Shown piece by piece: positions 18,580-27,543 of a stretch of 49,061 nt of DNA. The DNA comes from an uncultured Thermotogae bacterium. GTDB lineage: Bacteria > Bipolaricaulota > Bipolaricaulia > M55B111. The notes beneath the pieces were generated by a model. The model did no database searches. It was given only the letters and a program-made list of their open reading frames with translations, and was not told the DNA's origin. The DNA is taken from positions 6,688-55,748 of the forward strand of contig CAZYCI010000001.1 in the NCBI GenBank assembly GCA_964645955.1, written 5' to 3'. A program made the translations under genes and the position numbers. Position 1 is the stretch's first letter. Each line of letters begins with the position of its first letter.

Positions 18580-20616
18580 ATGAAGCGAAAAGATAAGTTG
18601 CTCGAAGAGTTAAACCAGGAGCAAAAAGCTGCTGTAACTCATCGTGATGGCCCTCTATTGGTTCTTTCCGGGGCCGGAAGTGGGAAGACCAGGGTCATTA
18701 CTCACAGGATAGCTTATCTCATCGATGGTTACGGTGTAAACCCGGAAAACGTTCTGGGTTTAACGTTTACCAACAAGGCTGCCGAAGAGATGAACCAGAG
18801 ATTGGACGAACTCCTCGGGCGCCGGATTGGGAATAACTCACCCTGGCTGGGTACGTTTCATGCGCTTGGTGCAGAGTTTCTCAGGCGATATATAGGGAAG
18901 CTGGATCGAGGCTACGATAGTTCGTTTACGATCTACGACGCCTCGGATCAAAAAGAGGCAATAAAAGAAGTAATGTCGGACCTCGATATATCGACGGAGG
19001 AGTTCCAGCCGGGGATGATCGCCTCCCTGATTAACGATGCGAAGAACGATTTAATAGGTCCGGACGAGTACCGATCCGAGAAGGCCGGAGATATTGACGA
19101 TTACATGTTAAGGACTGTCAACAGAATTTACGGCAACTATCAGGATAAACTGGAGGAATGGAACGGGCTTGATTTTGGCGATCTAATCAGAATTCCGACG
19201 GAGCTGTTGCGTGAAGATTTCGAACCCGTTCGGTCATGGAGAAGCGGGTTCAAGTTCATCCTCGTCGACGAGTACCAGGATACCAACCATGCTCAGTACG
19301 TGCTGGCAAACCAGCTGGCCCTGCCGGAGGAGAACATATGCGTGGTTGGGGACGACGACCAGGCCATTTTCGGCTGGAGGGGGGCGGACGTAAGCAACAT
19401 CCTTGAGTTCGAAGAGGATTACCCCGGAGCGAAGGTGGTAAACCTTTCAAAGAACTACCGCTCGAGGAAGCCCATTTTACGGGCCGCAAATGGTGTAATA
19501 AGGAACAATAATCTCAGGAAGAGTAAGGAGATGGAGCCGGATAGAGGCGAGGGTGAATCACTCTACCTCTACAATGCTTCCGACCAGGAGGAAGAAGCGG
19601 AATTTCTCGCTGACAGAATCAGAAAGCTCTGGAACGATGGAGTTAAACTGGGCGAAATCGCCATACTTTACAGGGTGAATCCTCTATCTCGGGGAATAGA
19701 AAAGAAGCTCGTGGAGAAAAACATTCCCTACGAGATAGTGAGGGGGACGAGGTTCTACGAGCGAAAGGAAGTGAAGGACGTTTTGGCCTACCTGAGGGTC
19801 ATCTGTAATCCTGACGACGACCTCCACTTGCTGAGAGTCATAAATACTCCCAGACGTGGGATTGGCAAGAAAACTCAGGAAACCGTGAGGATTAATGCCA
19901 GAGAAAGGGGTATGTCGGTATGGAGTGTACTGAAAGAATCCGAAAAACCGGCGGATTTATCCGGAAGGCAGTGGTCGCGCCTTAAGGCTTTCGTGGATTT
20001 GATCGATAATTTCCGCGAGCGCAGAGGAGAGGTAGATTTGGTGAACTTCGTCAACGAAATTATTTCGGACCTCGAATACTTTTCTTACCTGGACAAACAG
20101 TACGATCCGAGTTCGGCAGAGGACAGGCGGAATAACGTTAGGGAATTGGTGGGGCAATTGAAGGAAATGGATTCCGAAGAGCTTGAATTGGAAGATTTCC
20201 TGGAGAACATAGCCCTGGAGTCCGACGTGGACGAGTTCGAGGACAGGCGGGATAAGGTTTCCCTGCTCACTCTGCATTCGGCAAAAGGACTTGAATTTGG
20301 TTACGTGTTTTTGGCGGCGATGGAAGATGGTCTTCTGCCCCACAAACGGTCCATAGACGAGGGGAACCTTGAAGAAGAAAGGAGGCTATGTTACGTTGGG
20401 CTCACCCGCGCCAAAGAAAGGGTCTTCATAAGCTACACTGACAGTAGGTTTCTTTACGGCCAGCAGTACAACAACGTCCCGTCCAGGTTCCTGCAAGAGA
20501 TCCCGGACGAAGAACTTGAGTTGGTAGAGAAAGAAAAAACGGGATTGGGTAGAGAAAGGGAAGATTCTAGAGCCTATAGCCACGAAGGCAGTGGCTGGAA
20601 GGACTTCCTTGAATGA
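18580..20616 (+). CDS. pcrA: ATP-dependent DNA helicase, UvrD/PcrA (SF1A) family
   Basis: Helicase motifs are LSGAGSGKTRVITHRIAYL (I), TFTNKAA (Ia), FILVDEYQDTN (II), VGDDDQAIFGWRGA (III), LSKNYRS (IV), TLHSAKGLEF (V) and YVGLTRAKE (VI). The track start is TTG 18565. ATG 18580 gives a PcrA-like N-terminal length. Confidence 0.9.
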   Translation: MKRKDKLLEELNQEQKAAVTHRDGPLLVLSGAGSGKTRVITHRIAYLIDGYGVNPENVLGLTFTNKAAEEMNQRLDELLGRRIGNNSPWLGTFHALGAEFLRRYIGKLDRGYDSSFTIYDASDQKEAIKEVMSDLDISTEEFQPGMIASLINDAKNDLIGPDEYRSEKAGDIDDYMLRTVNRIYGNYQDKLEEWNGLDFGDLIRIPTELLREDFEPVRSWRSGFKFILVDEYQDTNHAQYVLANQLALPEENICVVGDDDQAIFGWRGADVSNILEFEEDYPGAKVVNLSKNYRSRKPILRAANGVIRNNNLRKSKEMEPDRGEGESLYLYNASDQEEEAEFLADRIRKLWNDGVKLGEIAILYRVNPLSRGIEKKLVEKNIPYEIVRGTRFYERKEVKDVLAYLRVICNPDDDLHLLRVINTPRRGIGKKTQETVRINARERGMSVWSVLKESEKPADLSGRQWSRLKAFVDLIDNFRERRGEVDLVNFVNEIISDLEYFSYLDKQYDPSSAEDRRNNVRELVGQLKEMDSEELELEDFLENIALESDVDEFEDRRDKVSLLTLHSAKGLEFGYVFLAAMEDGLLPHKRSIDEGNLEEERRLCYVGLTRAKERVFISYTDSRFLYGQQYNNVPSRFLQEIPDEELELVEKEKTGLGREREDSRAYSHEGSGWKDFLE

Positions 20617-20617
20617 G

Positions 20618-20645
20618 TTGAAATCACGTAACCCTTCCTTATAAT
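20618..20645 (+). promoter_or_regulatory. Strong putative sigma70 promoter (TTGAAA-16-TATAAT) directly after the pcrA stop
   Basis: TTGAAA tcacgtaacccttcct TATAAT. The next start codon with a good SD is about 200 nt downstream (20850). Confidence 0.55.
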
Positions 20646-20849
20646 TGGTGAGCAGTTTGTATTAAATCAAGGTTTTTATGTGTCTTTATCTTATCCAGTT
20701 CAAATCTAGCCAACCAAAATCCAGTAAGGATAGGGTCTTTATTTAAATGGATATAAACCCGAAACTTGTCGTGGTCGATTCGGATTCGGGGACTAACGTA
20801 ACTGGCGAATGGTTAGGTAAGATCGGTTTTATGGAAGGTGGAGGGAGAT

Positions 20850-21143
20850 ATGCCATTATATAAATACCGTTGCAGTGAATGCGAAAACACTTTTAAGGTT
20901 TTGCAGAAGAACGGCAAAAAAGACGAACTACCGGAGTGCCCTGAGTGTGGTAGCTCGGAAGTTGAGAGGATGATATCGAGCGTCGGTATCCGCTTTAAAG
21001 GGAAAGGCTTTTACCGGACTGATTACGACAGTAGCAATTACAAGGACAATGGCGGTAGCAACAATAAAAACGGGAACGGTAAAGAAGCCGAAGGCAAGAG
21101 TGAAAAAAAAGAAGTAGGAGAGTCCAGTTCGGGTGAGGCGTAA
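20850..21143 (+). CDS. FmdB-family zinc-ribbon protein (CxxC_CxxC_SSSS type)
   Basis: MPLYKYRCSECENTFKVLQK....CPECGSSEVERMISS is the family signature. The low-complexity Gly/Asn/Glu tail is also typical. ATG 20850 follows GGAGGGAG, and the track's GTG 20838 lies within the SD. Confidence 0.8.
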   Translation: MPLYKYRCSECENTFKVLQKNGKKDELPECPECGSSEVERMISSVGIRFKGKGFYRTDYDSSNYKDNGGSNNKNGNGKEAEGKSEKKEVGESSSGEA

Positions 21144-21548
21144 AGAATTTAAGAGAGTTCTGGAATCCACGGGTAAAGAGAATTTTTAATGGTCCGCTAG
21201 GTGGATTTATAAAAATCGGTTTTTGTCGGATTGGTTGCATGGCAAGTGAGGGGGGTAATGCTTTTTTCTGACTTCTTGCCTCCATCTATATCTATTATCG
21301 AACTCGTTGGCGCCCGGAGGTCCGTACCGGCCCCGTTTAGGGCGTTAATCCTTCCATATTTCCTGGAGTCCTTGTAAAACCTATTATAAAGCTATTATTT
21401 AGCGGGCGATGGTCTTAATTTAAGTACCTTGGTCTCCATTTCGTTTGCAACCCGTTCGTAATTTTTAACCGGAGTAACGTTTACTCCTGACAGAAAATGG
21501 TGATTATCAGTTAAATGGTTGGTCTATCATTGCAAGAGGTGATTATGG

Positions 21549-24500
21549 ATGTTGTCGGGTGACGATATCGAAGAAGTAAAACTAATGTTTGCTTCGCCCG
21601 AGGAGATAAGAAGCTGGTCGCATGGCGAAGTAACTGAGTCAGAAACTATAAATTACAGAACGCACAAGCCCGAGAAGGGCGGATTGTACGCGGAGGAAAT
21701 TTTTGGCCCGGAAGAGGACTACAAATGTGCCTGTGGTAAGTACGAAGGTAAGAAGTACGAAGGAATTACCTGCGAAAAGTGCGGGGTTCTCGTAACCGAT
21801 TCCTCCGTGAGGCGGAAGAACATGGGGCATATAGAACTGGCTAGCCCGGTTATACACTTTTGGTTTTTAAAAGGTATCTCGAGCCCGTTAAGCAAACTGC
21901 TTGACATAAAAAAGAAGACCCTCCGCAAGATAGCTTATTACGAGGCGGAAACTACGCTGGAGGATATTTCCATAGTTACCTCCTCCGAAGGGGACAAGCT
22001 AAGGGAGGGCGAAAGGTTATACAGCTCCGAGCTGGAAATTCTGTCCCGTCACTTGGATTTTGAAACCGAGAACGGGATGGTAATAAATGAGGCCCCGAAG
22101 TTAACGGCAGGCCAATCCGGCGAGGTCGAAATAGAACACAAAAAGCTTCAGAACGACGAGGGAATCGTCCTCGTAAAGATTGGGGACGAGGAATACCCGG
22201 TTGCCGAAGACGTCATACTGGAAGTCGGAGACGGAGAAGAGGTAGAAGAAGGTGACTTGATTGCGGAAACGCCGGTAGGAGAGATTTGTTCGGAAACCTT
22301 TTTGGGTATGGCCAAATCCCGTTACGGTGACGCAATTGAATCCGAGCCAGCCGAAGAAGAAATAGACAACCTTGCTTTTCTGGTTACCTCCGTCGAGAAC
22401 GAGGAAGTCCCGCTCGAGGTCGGTGAAAAAATATCACAGCTGGGTAAACAGGCCTACGAGAGGTTGTATCCGACGGGTTTTGCTGCCCATACCGGAGCCA
22501 AAGGTATAAAGGGGCTACTGGAGAACATAGACCTGGAAGAACTGAGTTCAAAGTTGAGTGAACGCCTCGAAAAGGAAACGTCCAAGACGGCAAAGAACAA
22601 ACTCTCAAAAAGGTTAAGTGTAGTAGAAAAGCTCAGGGATTCCGGCAACGCCTCGGACGACATAGCTCTCGAAGCTATACCCGTTTTACCGCCCGACCTG
22701 CGTCCAATAGTTCATCTCGAAGGAGGCAAGTTTGCCACTACGGACCTGAACGACCTCTATCGCAGAATCATTAACCGTAATAACAGACTCAAACGTCTGG
22801 AGGATATGGGTGCGCCCGAAGTCATCCTGCGAAACGAGCGTAGAATGCTGCAGGAATCCGTGGATGCCCTGATTCATAACGAAAAGAAGAACACGCCTAT
22901 CCGCGGTAAGGACGATCGCCCGCTCAAGTCCCTTTCGGACAGGATATCCGGTAAACATGGACGGTTGCGCCGAAATCTTCTGGGGAGGCGAGTGGATTAC
23001 TCCGGACGTGCCGTAATTGTCGTGGACCCGGAACTGAAACTCTGGGAGTGCGGTGTCCCAAAAAAGATGGCACTCGAGTTATTCAAACCATTCGTCACCA
23101 GATACCTGGATGATACCACCTATTCGGACTACAACGAGGTGAAGAACAAAGCGCTGGCGGGTGACATGCCGGAGATCTGGGATTATCTGGAGGAGTTGCT
23201 CGAAGAAAGGCCGGTTCTGCTCAATCGTGCTCCTACGCTCCACCGCCTCGGTATTGAGGCATTTGAGCCGAAGCTCGTCGAAGGTGACGCGATACACATT
23301 CATCCCCACGTCTGTCCCCCTTACAACGCCGACTTCGACGGTGACCAGATGGCGATACATTTGCCTTTAACCAGGGAGGCCGTGGACGAGTCCCGGGAGG
23401 TCATGCTCTCTTCGAAAAACCTGCTTTCTCCGGCATACGGCGGTCCTCTGACCAAGCCGACACAGGATCAGATTTATGCTTACTATTATTTGACCGAGAT
23501 AGATGAAGACGGCAAGGGCGAAGGAAAGTTCTTCTCCAGCCTCCAGGAAGCAAAGCGGGCACACGAGAACGACGTTATTAGCCTTCATGCCCCGGTAAAG
23601 ATAAGGATAGACGGCGAAATCAAGGAAACTACTCTGGGGCGGGCCAAGTTGAACGAGCTATTTCCCCGCGATCTCAGGAATTACGACAAGCGGTTTGAGT
23701 CTTCCGATATCTCAGAACTGCTTATGCGAGTTTATGAAGAGTACGGGAACGAAAGAGTAGTCAGCCTGCTGGACAACCTGAAGGAACTGGGTTTTTCCGA
23801 GGCGACCCAATCCGCTTTAACGATATCGACGAAGGACTGTATCGAACCCGAGGAGAAATCAAGGATTCTGGAGCAGGCCAACGAAAGGGTTAACGAAGTC
23901 AACGAGATGTTCGACAAGGGTCTGGCTTCGGAAGATGAGAGGTCTTCAACAATCGTTGACGTATGGAACGAGACCGTCGATAGCGTGGAGGACGCCACCA
24001 TGGAGAACTATGCCCGCCATAAGTTCAATCCGCTTCAAATGATGGTGGGTTCCGGCGCCAGAGGTAGTGCAGATCAGGTCAAACAGCTGGCAGGCATGCG
24101 TGGTTTGATGGCGGATCCCTCCGGTGACGTAATAGAAATGCCGGTGAAATCAAACTTCCGAGAGGGTTTGGACATGATGGAATACTTCATATCCACCCAC
24201 GGTGGACGAAAGGGAACGGCTGATACAGCTCTGAAGACTGCCGATTCGGGCTATCTTACCAGACGGCTCGTCGAAGCAGTGTCCAACATAGTGGTTCGGG
24301 AAGAAGATTGCGGCACGAACCGGGGACTGGAAATCGATCCGCTCAGGTACGGCGGTGGCGAACTGATGGAAGGCATCGAGGACAGAGTCTACGGCAAGAC
24401 GCTGGCAGAGCCCGTAGTTGACCCGGAAGATGGTTCGATTATGGGAGAAGAAGGCGATCTTGTCGGGAAAGAGCTGGCAAAGTCACTGGCGAAAAAGCAG

Positions 24501-26522
24501 GTCTCGGTAAACGTTTCGGAACTCGATGAGGAAAGCCGCGAGCGTTTGGTGGGAACCAACAGCATCAACGACTTAAAGGATCCCGAAACCGGCAACGTCC
24601 TGGTTAGCCAGGACGAGACGCTTGGCAGGTTTGAGCTGGAAACCCTGGAAGAACATGAAGTCGAAGAGATAGAAGTAAGGCCGAACATCGTTGTTAGGTC
24701 TCCCGTCACCTGCGAAACCGAGAAAGGGATATGTCAAAAATGTTACGGAATGGATATGTCGGAGCACGAAATGGTAGACGTTGGAATGGCTGCCGGAATC
24801 GTTGCCGCCCAATCAATTGGTGAGCCCGGAACACAGCTCACGATGAGGACCTTCCACTCGGGTGGAGTGGCGGGTGAGGATATCACTCAGGGTCTACCCA
24901 GAGCTGAAGAACTTTTCGAGGCGAGAAAGACCACCAAGAGTGCTCAGGCAACTATAACGGATATCGAAGGTCACGTTAGCGAGATGAAGGATACGGAAGA
25001 AGGGAAGTTAATAGAAATTGAGGGAGAACCCCAGTCGCTTCCAGTACCTTCGGCACTCTGCCTCGTAGAACCGGAAGAAGAAGTCAATCTTTCCGATATA
25101 GTAGACAATACGAGCCCCCATGCCGGCACGGTTAGGTTCGTCAGCGAAGACGGTCAGCCCACCATGTACCTGCTTATGAGCAGGACGGATACATTTTACG
25201 AATTACCGGACGGCCTGGAAATCGACGTAGAAAACGAAACTTACGTGGAAAAGGGAGACGTACTGGCCGACGATATCAAACTTCAGCAGGTTCACGCCAA
25301 AAAGAGCGGAACGGTGGATCGAATTGACCAGGAGAGGAACATAATTACCCTGGTGGATGAAGAAGAGAACTTTATTGACCACCTGATTCCTCCTATTGCC
25401 AAGCCCCTCGTCGAAGAAGGTGAAGGGGTGGAAGAAGGGGAAGAGTTGATTGACGTCAAGAGTTCGGATAAGCTGACCGCGGATAAATCCGGTCTGCTCG
25501 TAAAGACGGAAAACGCTCTCGTAATATTTCAACCGGAAGACGGAAGAAAGAGGATTCCGATTTCGGAAGCCATGGTTCCCGAAGTGGCCGATGGTGAAAA
25601 AGTAAAGAAAGGCAAAACTCTGTTTACGCTTGATCGGCCGAAGGACAGAAAACTAATCGTCGAATCCATAGGTGAAGAAGGAGATTTTGCTCGAGTGAAC
25701 TACCGGTACAGGGAGCAGGCCGAAGTTACTCATTCGCCGGTCGTTCAATCCGGTGACAAAGTCAAACCGGGCGAGCAACTTTCTAAAGGTGTTATTCCGC
25801 CCCACAATCTACTCGAAAAAGCCGGAATGGAAAGAACTTACGAGTACCTGCTTACGGAAATTCAGAAGGTTTACAAGAGCCAGGGAGTAGATATCAACGA
25901 TACGCACGTTGAAATCATTATCGCGCAGATGCTCAATAACGTAATCGTTACTGATAGAGGCGACTCCGACCTCACGCAAAACGAACTTATTACTCTTGAG
26001 GAGTTCCGTAACGTCGTCAGCAGATTAAGAAAAGAAAACGAAGAGGTAAGAGAATTACGCAGGGAGATTATAGGTGAAGAGATAGCTGATGACGTTTACA
26101 AAGGCGGCCATCTGATCGCCAGAGAAGGGGAACGAGTAACGGATAAGCTTCTCGACCATGCTACGAGGTCAGGAGTGGAAGAACTTCCGTTAATAATTGA
26201 TGGCGAAATTGTTACACCAAGAATTCTCGAATACAAGCTTCCGGAGGGAGACAGACAACTGCTCAGGATTTCAAAATCTGCGTTAAAGACTAAGGGGTGG
26301 CTATCAGCCGCATCCTTCCAGAGAACGACGTCTACCTTAACCGACGCTGCTTTAAGCGGTCAATCAGATGAGCTGAAGGGGCTAAAGCCAAACATAATTG
26401 TTGGAAAGAAGGTCTCCGTGGGTACGGGATTTGAACCCAGGTCCGATGGTGCGGAGGCGGAAGGTGAAAATGAAGAAGAGGAGGAGGAAGAGCTGACCCC
26501 CGTGAAATCCAGCTCAGCTTGA
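21549..26522 (+). CDS. rpoC: DNA-directed RNA polymerase subunit beta-prime, enlarged (1657 aa)
   Basis: The N-terminus is full-length ([24 protein letters not shown], Zn site CACGKY...CEKCGV). Other motifs are PPDLRPIV, the catalytic [13 protein letters not shown], the bridge helix [17 protein letters not shown], the trigger loop [26 protein letters not shown], and region [12 protein letters not shown]...[22 protein letters not shown] lies 7 nt upstream of the ATG. Confidence 0.97.
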   Translation: MLSGDDIEEVKLMFASPEEIRSWSHGEVTESETINYRTHKPEKGGLYAEEIFGPEEDYKCACGKYEGKKYEGITCEKCGVLVTDSSVRRKNMGHIELASPVIHFWFLKGISSPLSKLLDIKKKTLRKIAYYEAETTLEDISIVTSSEGDKLREGERLYSSELEILSRHLDFETENGMVINEAPKLTAGQSGEVEIEHKKLQNDEGIVLVKIGDEEYPVAEDVILEVGDGEEVEEGDLIAETPVGEICSETFLGMAKSRYGDAIESEPAEEEIDNLAFLVTSVENEEVPLEVGEKISQLGKQAYERLYPTGFAAHTGAKGIKGLLENIDLEELSSKLSERLEKETSKTAKNKLSKRLSVVEKLRDSGNASDDIALEAIPVLPPDLRPIVHLEGGKFATTDLNDLYRRIINRNNRLKRLEDMGAPEVILRNERRMLQESVDALIHNEKKNTPIRGKDDRPLKSLSDRISGKHGRLRRNLLGRRVDYSGRAVIVVDPELKLWECGVPKKMALELFKPFVTRYLDDTTYSDYNEVKNKALAGDMPEIWDYLEELLEERPVLLNRAPTLHRLGIEAFEPKLVEGDAIHIHPHVCPPYNADFDGDQMAIHLPLTREAVDESREVMLSSKNLLSPAYGGPLTKPTQDQIYAYYYLTEIDEDGKGEGKFFSSLQEAKRAHENDVISLHAPVKIRIDGEIKETTLGRAKLNELFPRDLRNYDKRFESSDISELLMRVYEEYGNERVVSLLDNLKELGFSEATQSALTISTKDCIEPEEKSRILEQANERVNEVNEMFDKGLASEDERSSTIVDVWNETVDSVEDATMENYARHKFNPLQMMVGSGARGSADQVKQLAGMRGLMADPSGDVIEMPVKSNFREGLDMMEYFISTHGGRKGTADTALKTADSGYLTRRLVEAVSNIVVREEDCGTNRGLEIDPLRYGGGELMEGIEDRVYGKTLAEPVVDPEDGSIMGEEGDLVGKELAKSLAKKQVSVNVSELDEESRERLVGTNSINDLKDPETGNVLVSQDETLGRFELETLEEHEVEEIEVRPNIVVRSPVTCETEKGICQKCYGMDMSEHEMVDVGMAAGIVAAQSIGEPGTQLTMRTFHSGGVAGEDITQGLPRAEELFEARKTTKSAQATITDIEGHVSEMKDTEEGKLIEIEGEPQSLPVPSALCLVEPEEEVNLSDIVDNTSPHAGTVRFVSEDGQPTMYLLMSRTDTFYELPDGLEIDVENETYVEKGDVLADDIKLQQVHAKKSGTVDRIDQERNIITLVDEEENFIDHLIPPIAKPLVEEGEGVEEGEELIDVKSSDKLTADKSGLLVKTENALVIFQPEDGRKRIPISEAMVPEVADGEKVKKGKTLFTLDRPKDRKLIVESIGEEGDFARVNYRYREQAEVTHSPVVQSGDKVKPGEQLSKGVIPPHNLLEKAGMERTYEYLLTEIQKVYKSQGVDINDTHVEIIIAQMLNNVIVTDRGDSDLTQNELITLEEFRNVVSRLRKENEEVRELRREIIGEEIADDVYKGGHLIAREGERVTDKLLDHATRSGVEELPLIIDGEIVTPRILEYKLPEGDRQLLRISKSALKTKGWLSAASFQRTTSTLTDAALSGQSDELKGLKPNIIVGKKVSVGTGFEPRSDGAEAEGENEEEEEEELTPVKSSSA

Positions 26523-26547
26523 CAACAATTGGGGGCTAGCTTATAAT
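26519..26547 (+). promoter_or_regulatory. Perfect-consensus sigma70 promoter for the str/ribosomal operon (TTGACA-17-TATAAT)
   Basis: TTGACA acaattgggggctagct TATAAT. The -35 hexamer overlaps the rpoC TGA stop (26520-26522). The rpsL ATG is 34 nt downstream of the -10, after AAGGAG. Confidence 0.65.
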
Positions 26548-26580
26548 TGCTGGCACTTAAAGGAGTGGTGACAAAAAGAT

Positions 26581-26952
26581 ATGCCGACGATTAATCAGCT
26601 GGTCAGAAAAGGAAGGTCATCGAAAAAGAAGAAGACTAGTTCACGTGCGCTTGACGGATGCCCGCAGAAGAGGGGCGTAGTGACCAGGGTATATACTCGA
26701 ACCCCGAAAAAGCCCAATTCTGCCTTGAGAAAGGTGGCCCGGGTGAGGTTGAGCAACGGTAAAGAAGTTACTGCCTATATACCCGGCGAAGGACATGAGC
26801 TTCAGGAACACGCAGTTGTCCTCGTCCGAGGGGGTCGAGTTAAGGATCTGCCTGGCGTAAGATACCATATAGTTCGAGGTGCTTACGACGTAACTGGTGT
26901 TGAAGGTAGAAAACAAGGTCGTTCAAAGTATGGAACTAAAAAGTCGAGTTAG
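26581..26952 (+). CDS. rpsL: 30S ribosomal protein S12
   Basis: [12 protein letters not shown]...[19 protein letters not shown]...[19 protein letters not shown] is the canonical S12 sequence. Confidence 0.97.
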   Translation: MPTINQLVRKGRSSKKKKTSSRALDGCPQKRGVVTRVYTRTPKKPNSALRKVARVRLSNGKEVTAYIPGEGHELQEHAVVLVRGGRVKDLPGVRYHIVRGAYDVTGVEGRKQGRSKYGTKKSS

Positions 26953-26963
26953 GAGGAAGCTCA

Positions 26964-27422
26964 ATGGCACTGCCAGGACGTGACGTAAAACCGGACATAA
27001 AGCACGGAAGTAAGTTGGTTGGGAAGTTTGCTAACTATATAATGCAGGACGGGAAGAAGAATCGAGCTTATAAGATAATTTATAATACGTTTTCTTTGAT
27101 AGAAGAGAGGGAAGGAGAGCCTGGGGTAAAAGTATTCCGGGAAGCTATAGACAATATTTCACCAGAACTGGAAACTAGAAGCAGGAGAGTCGGAGGTGCC
27201 AATTATCAGGTTCCTTATGAAGTACCACCTGCAAGACAGGTGGCTCTCTCCCTTCGCTGGTTGGTTGACGTGGCACTGGACAGAAACGAACCCCGGATTG
27301 AAGACCGCTTGGCAAACGAGATAATATTGGCCAGCAACAAGGAAGGGGAAGCTTACGAGAGAAAGCTTGAATCCCACCGACGTGCAGAGGCAAATAAGGC
27401 CTTTGCTCATTATCGCTGGTAA
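26964..27422 (+). CDS. rpsG: 30S ribosomal protein S7
   Basis: 152 aa. It has GSKLVGKFANYIMQDGKKNRAYKI, the ELETRSRRVGGANYQVP block and a C-terminal ANKAFAHYRW. Confidence 0.95.
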   Translation: MALPGRDVKPDIKHGSKLVGKFANYIMQDGKKNRAYKIIYNTFSLIEEREGEPGVKVFREAIDNISPELETRSRRVGGANYQVPYEVPPARQVALSLRWLVDVALDRNEPRIEDRLANEIILASNKEGEAYERKLESHRRAEANKAFAHYRW

Positions 27423-27543
27423 TCCTCGGCGATTCATTTAATTTTGGTTTCTATCTTTTTTTATTTTTTGTACAGATTGTTGTTTGTTGTATCGGCTTGT
27501 TAGTTGTTAGGTAGAGGTATTAAAAAGGTAAGGTAAAATAATT

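Noticed and set aside
20672-20852. Mini-ORFs in the leader upstream of the FmdB gene (MCLYLIQFKSSQPKSSKDRVFI, 22 aa; MDINPKLVVVDSDSGTNVTGEWLGKIGFMEGGGRYAII, 39 aa).
   Set aside because: They have no convincing SD and no recognisable family. The second overlaps the SD and start of the zinc-ribbon gene. They are retained only as a caveat under the leader finding.
21549-26522. An intein or a fused extra domain as the explanation for the 1657-aa beta-prime.
   Set aside because: The extra sequence is spread over at least four sites. It lacks intein splice-junction motifs, having no Cys/Ser followed by HN-Cys/Ser/Thr boundaries and no homing-endonuclease blocks. It looks like the repeat-type lineage insertions known in RNAP.
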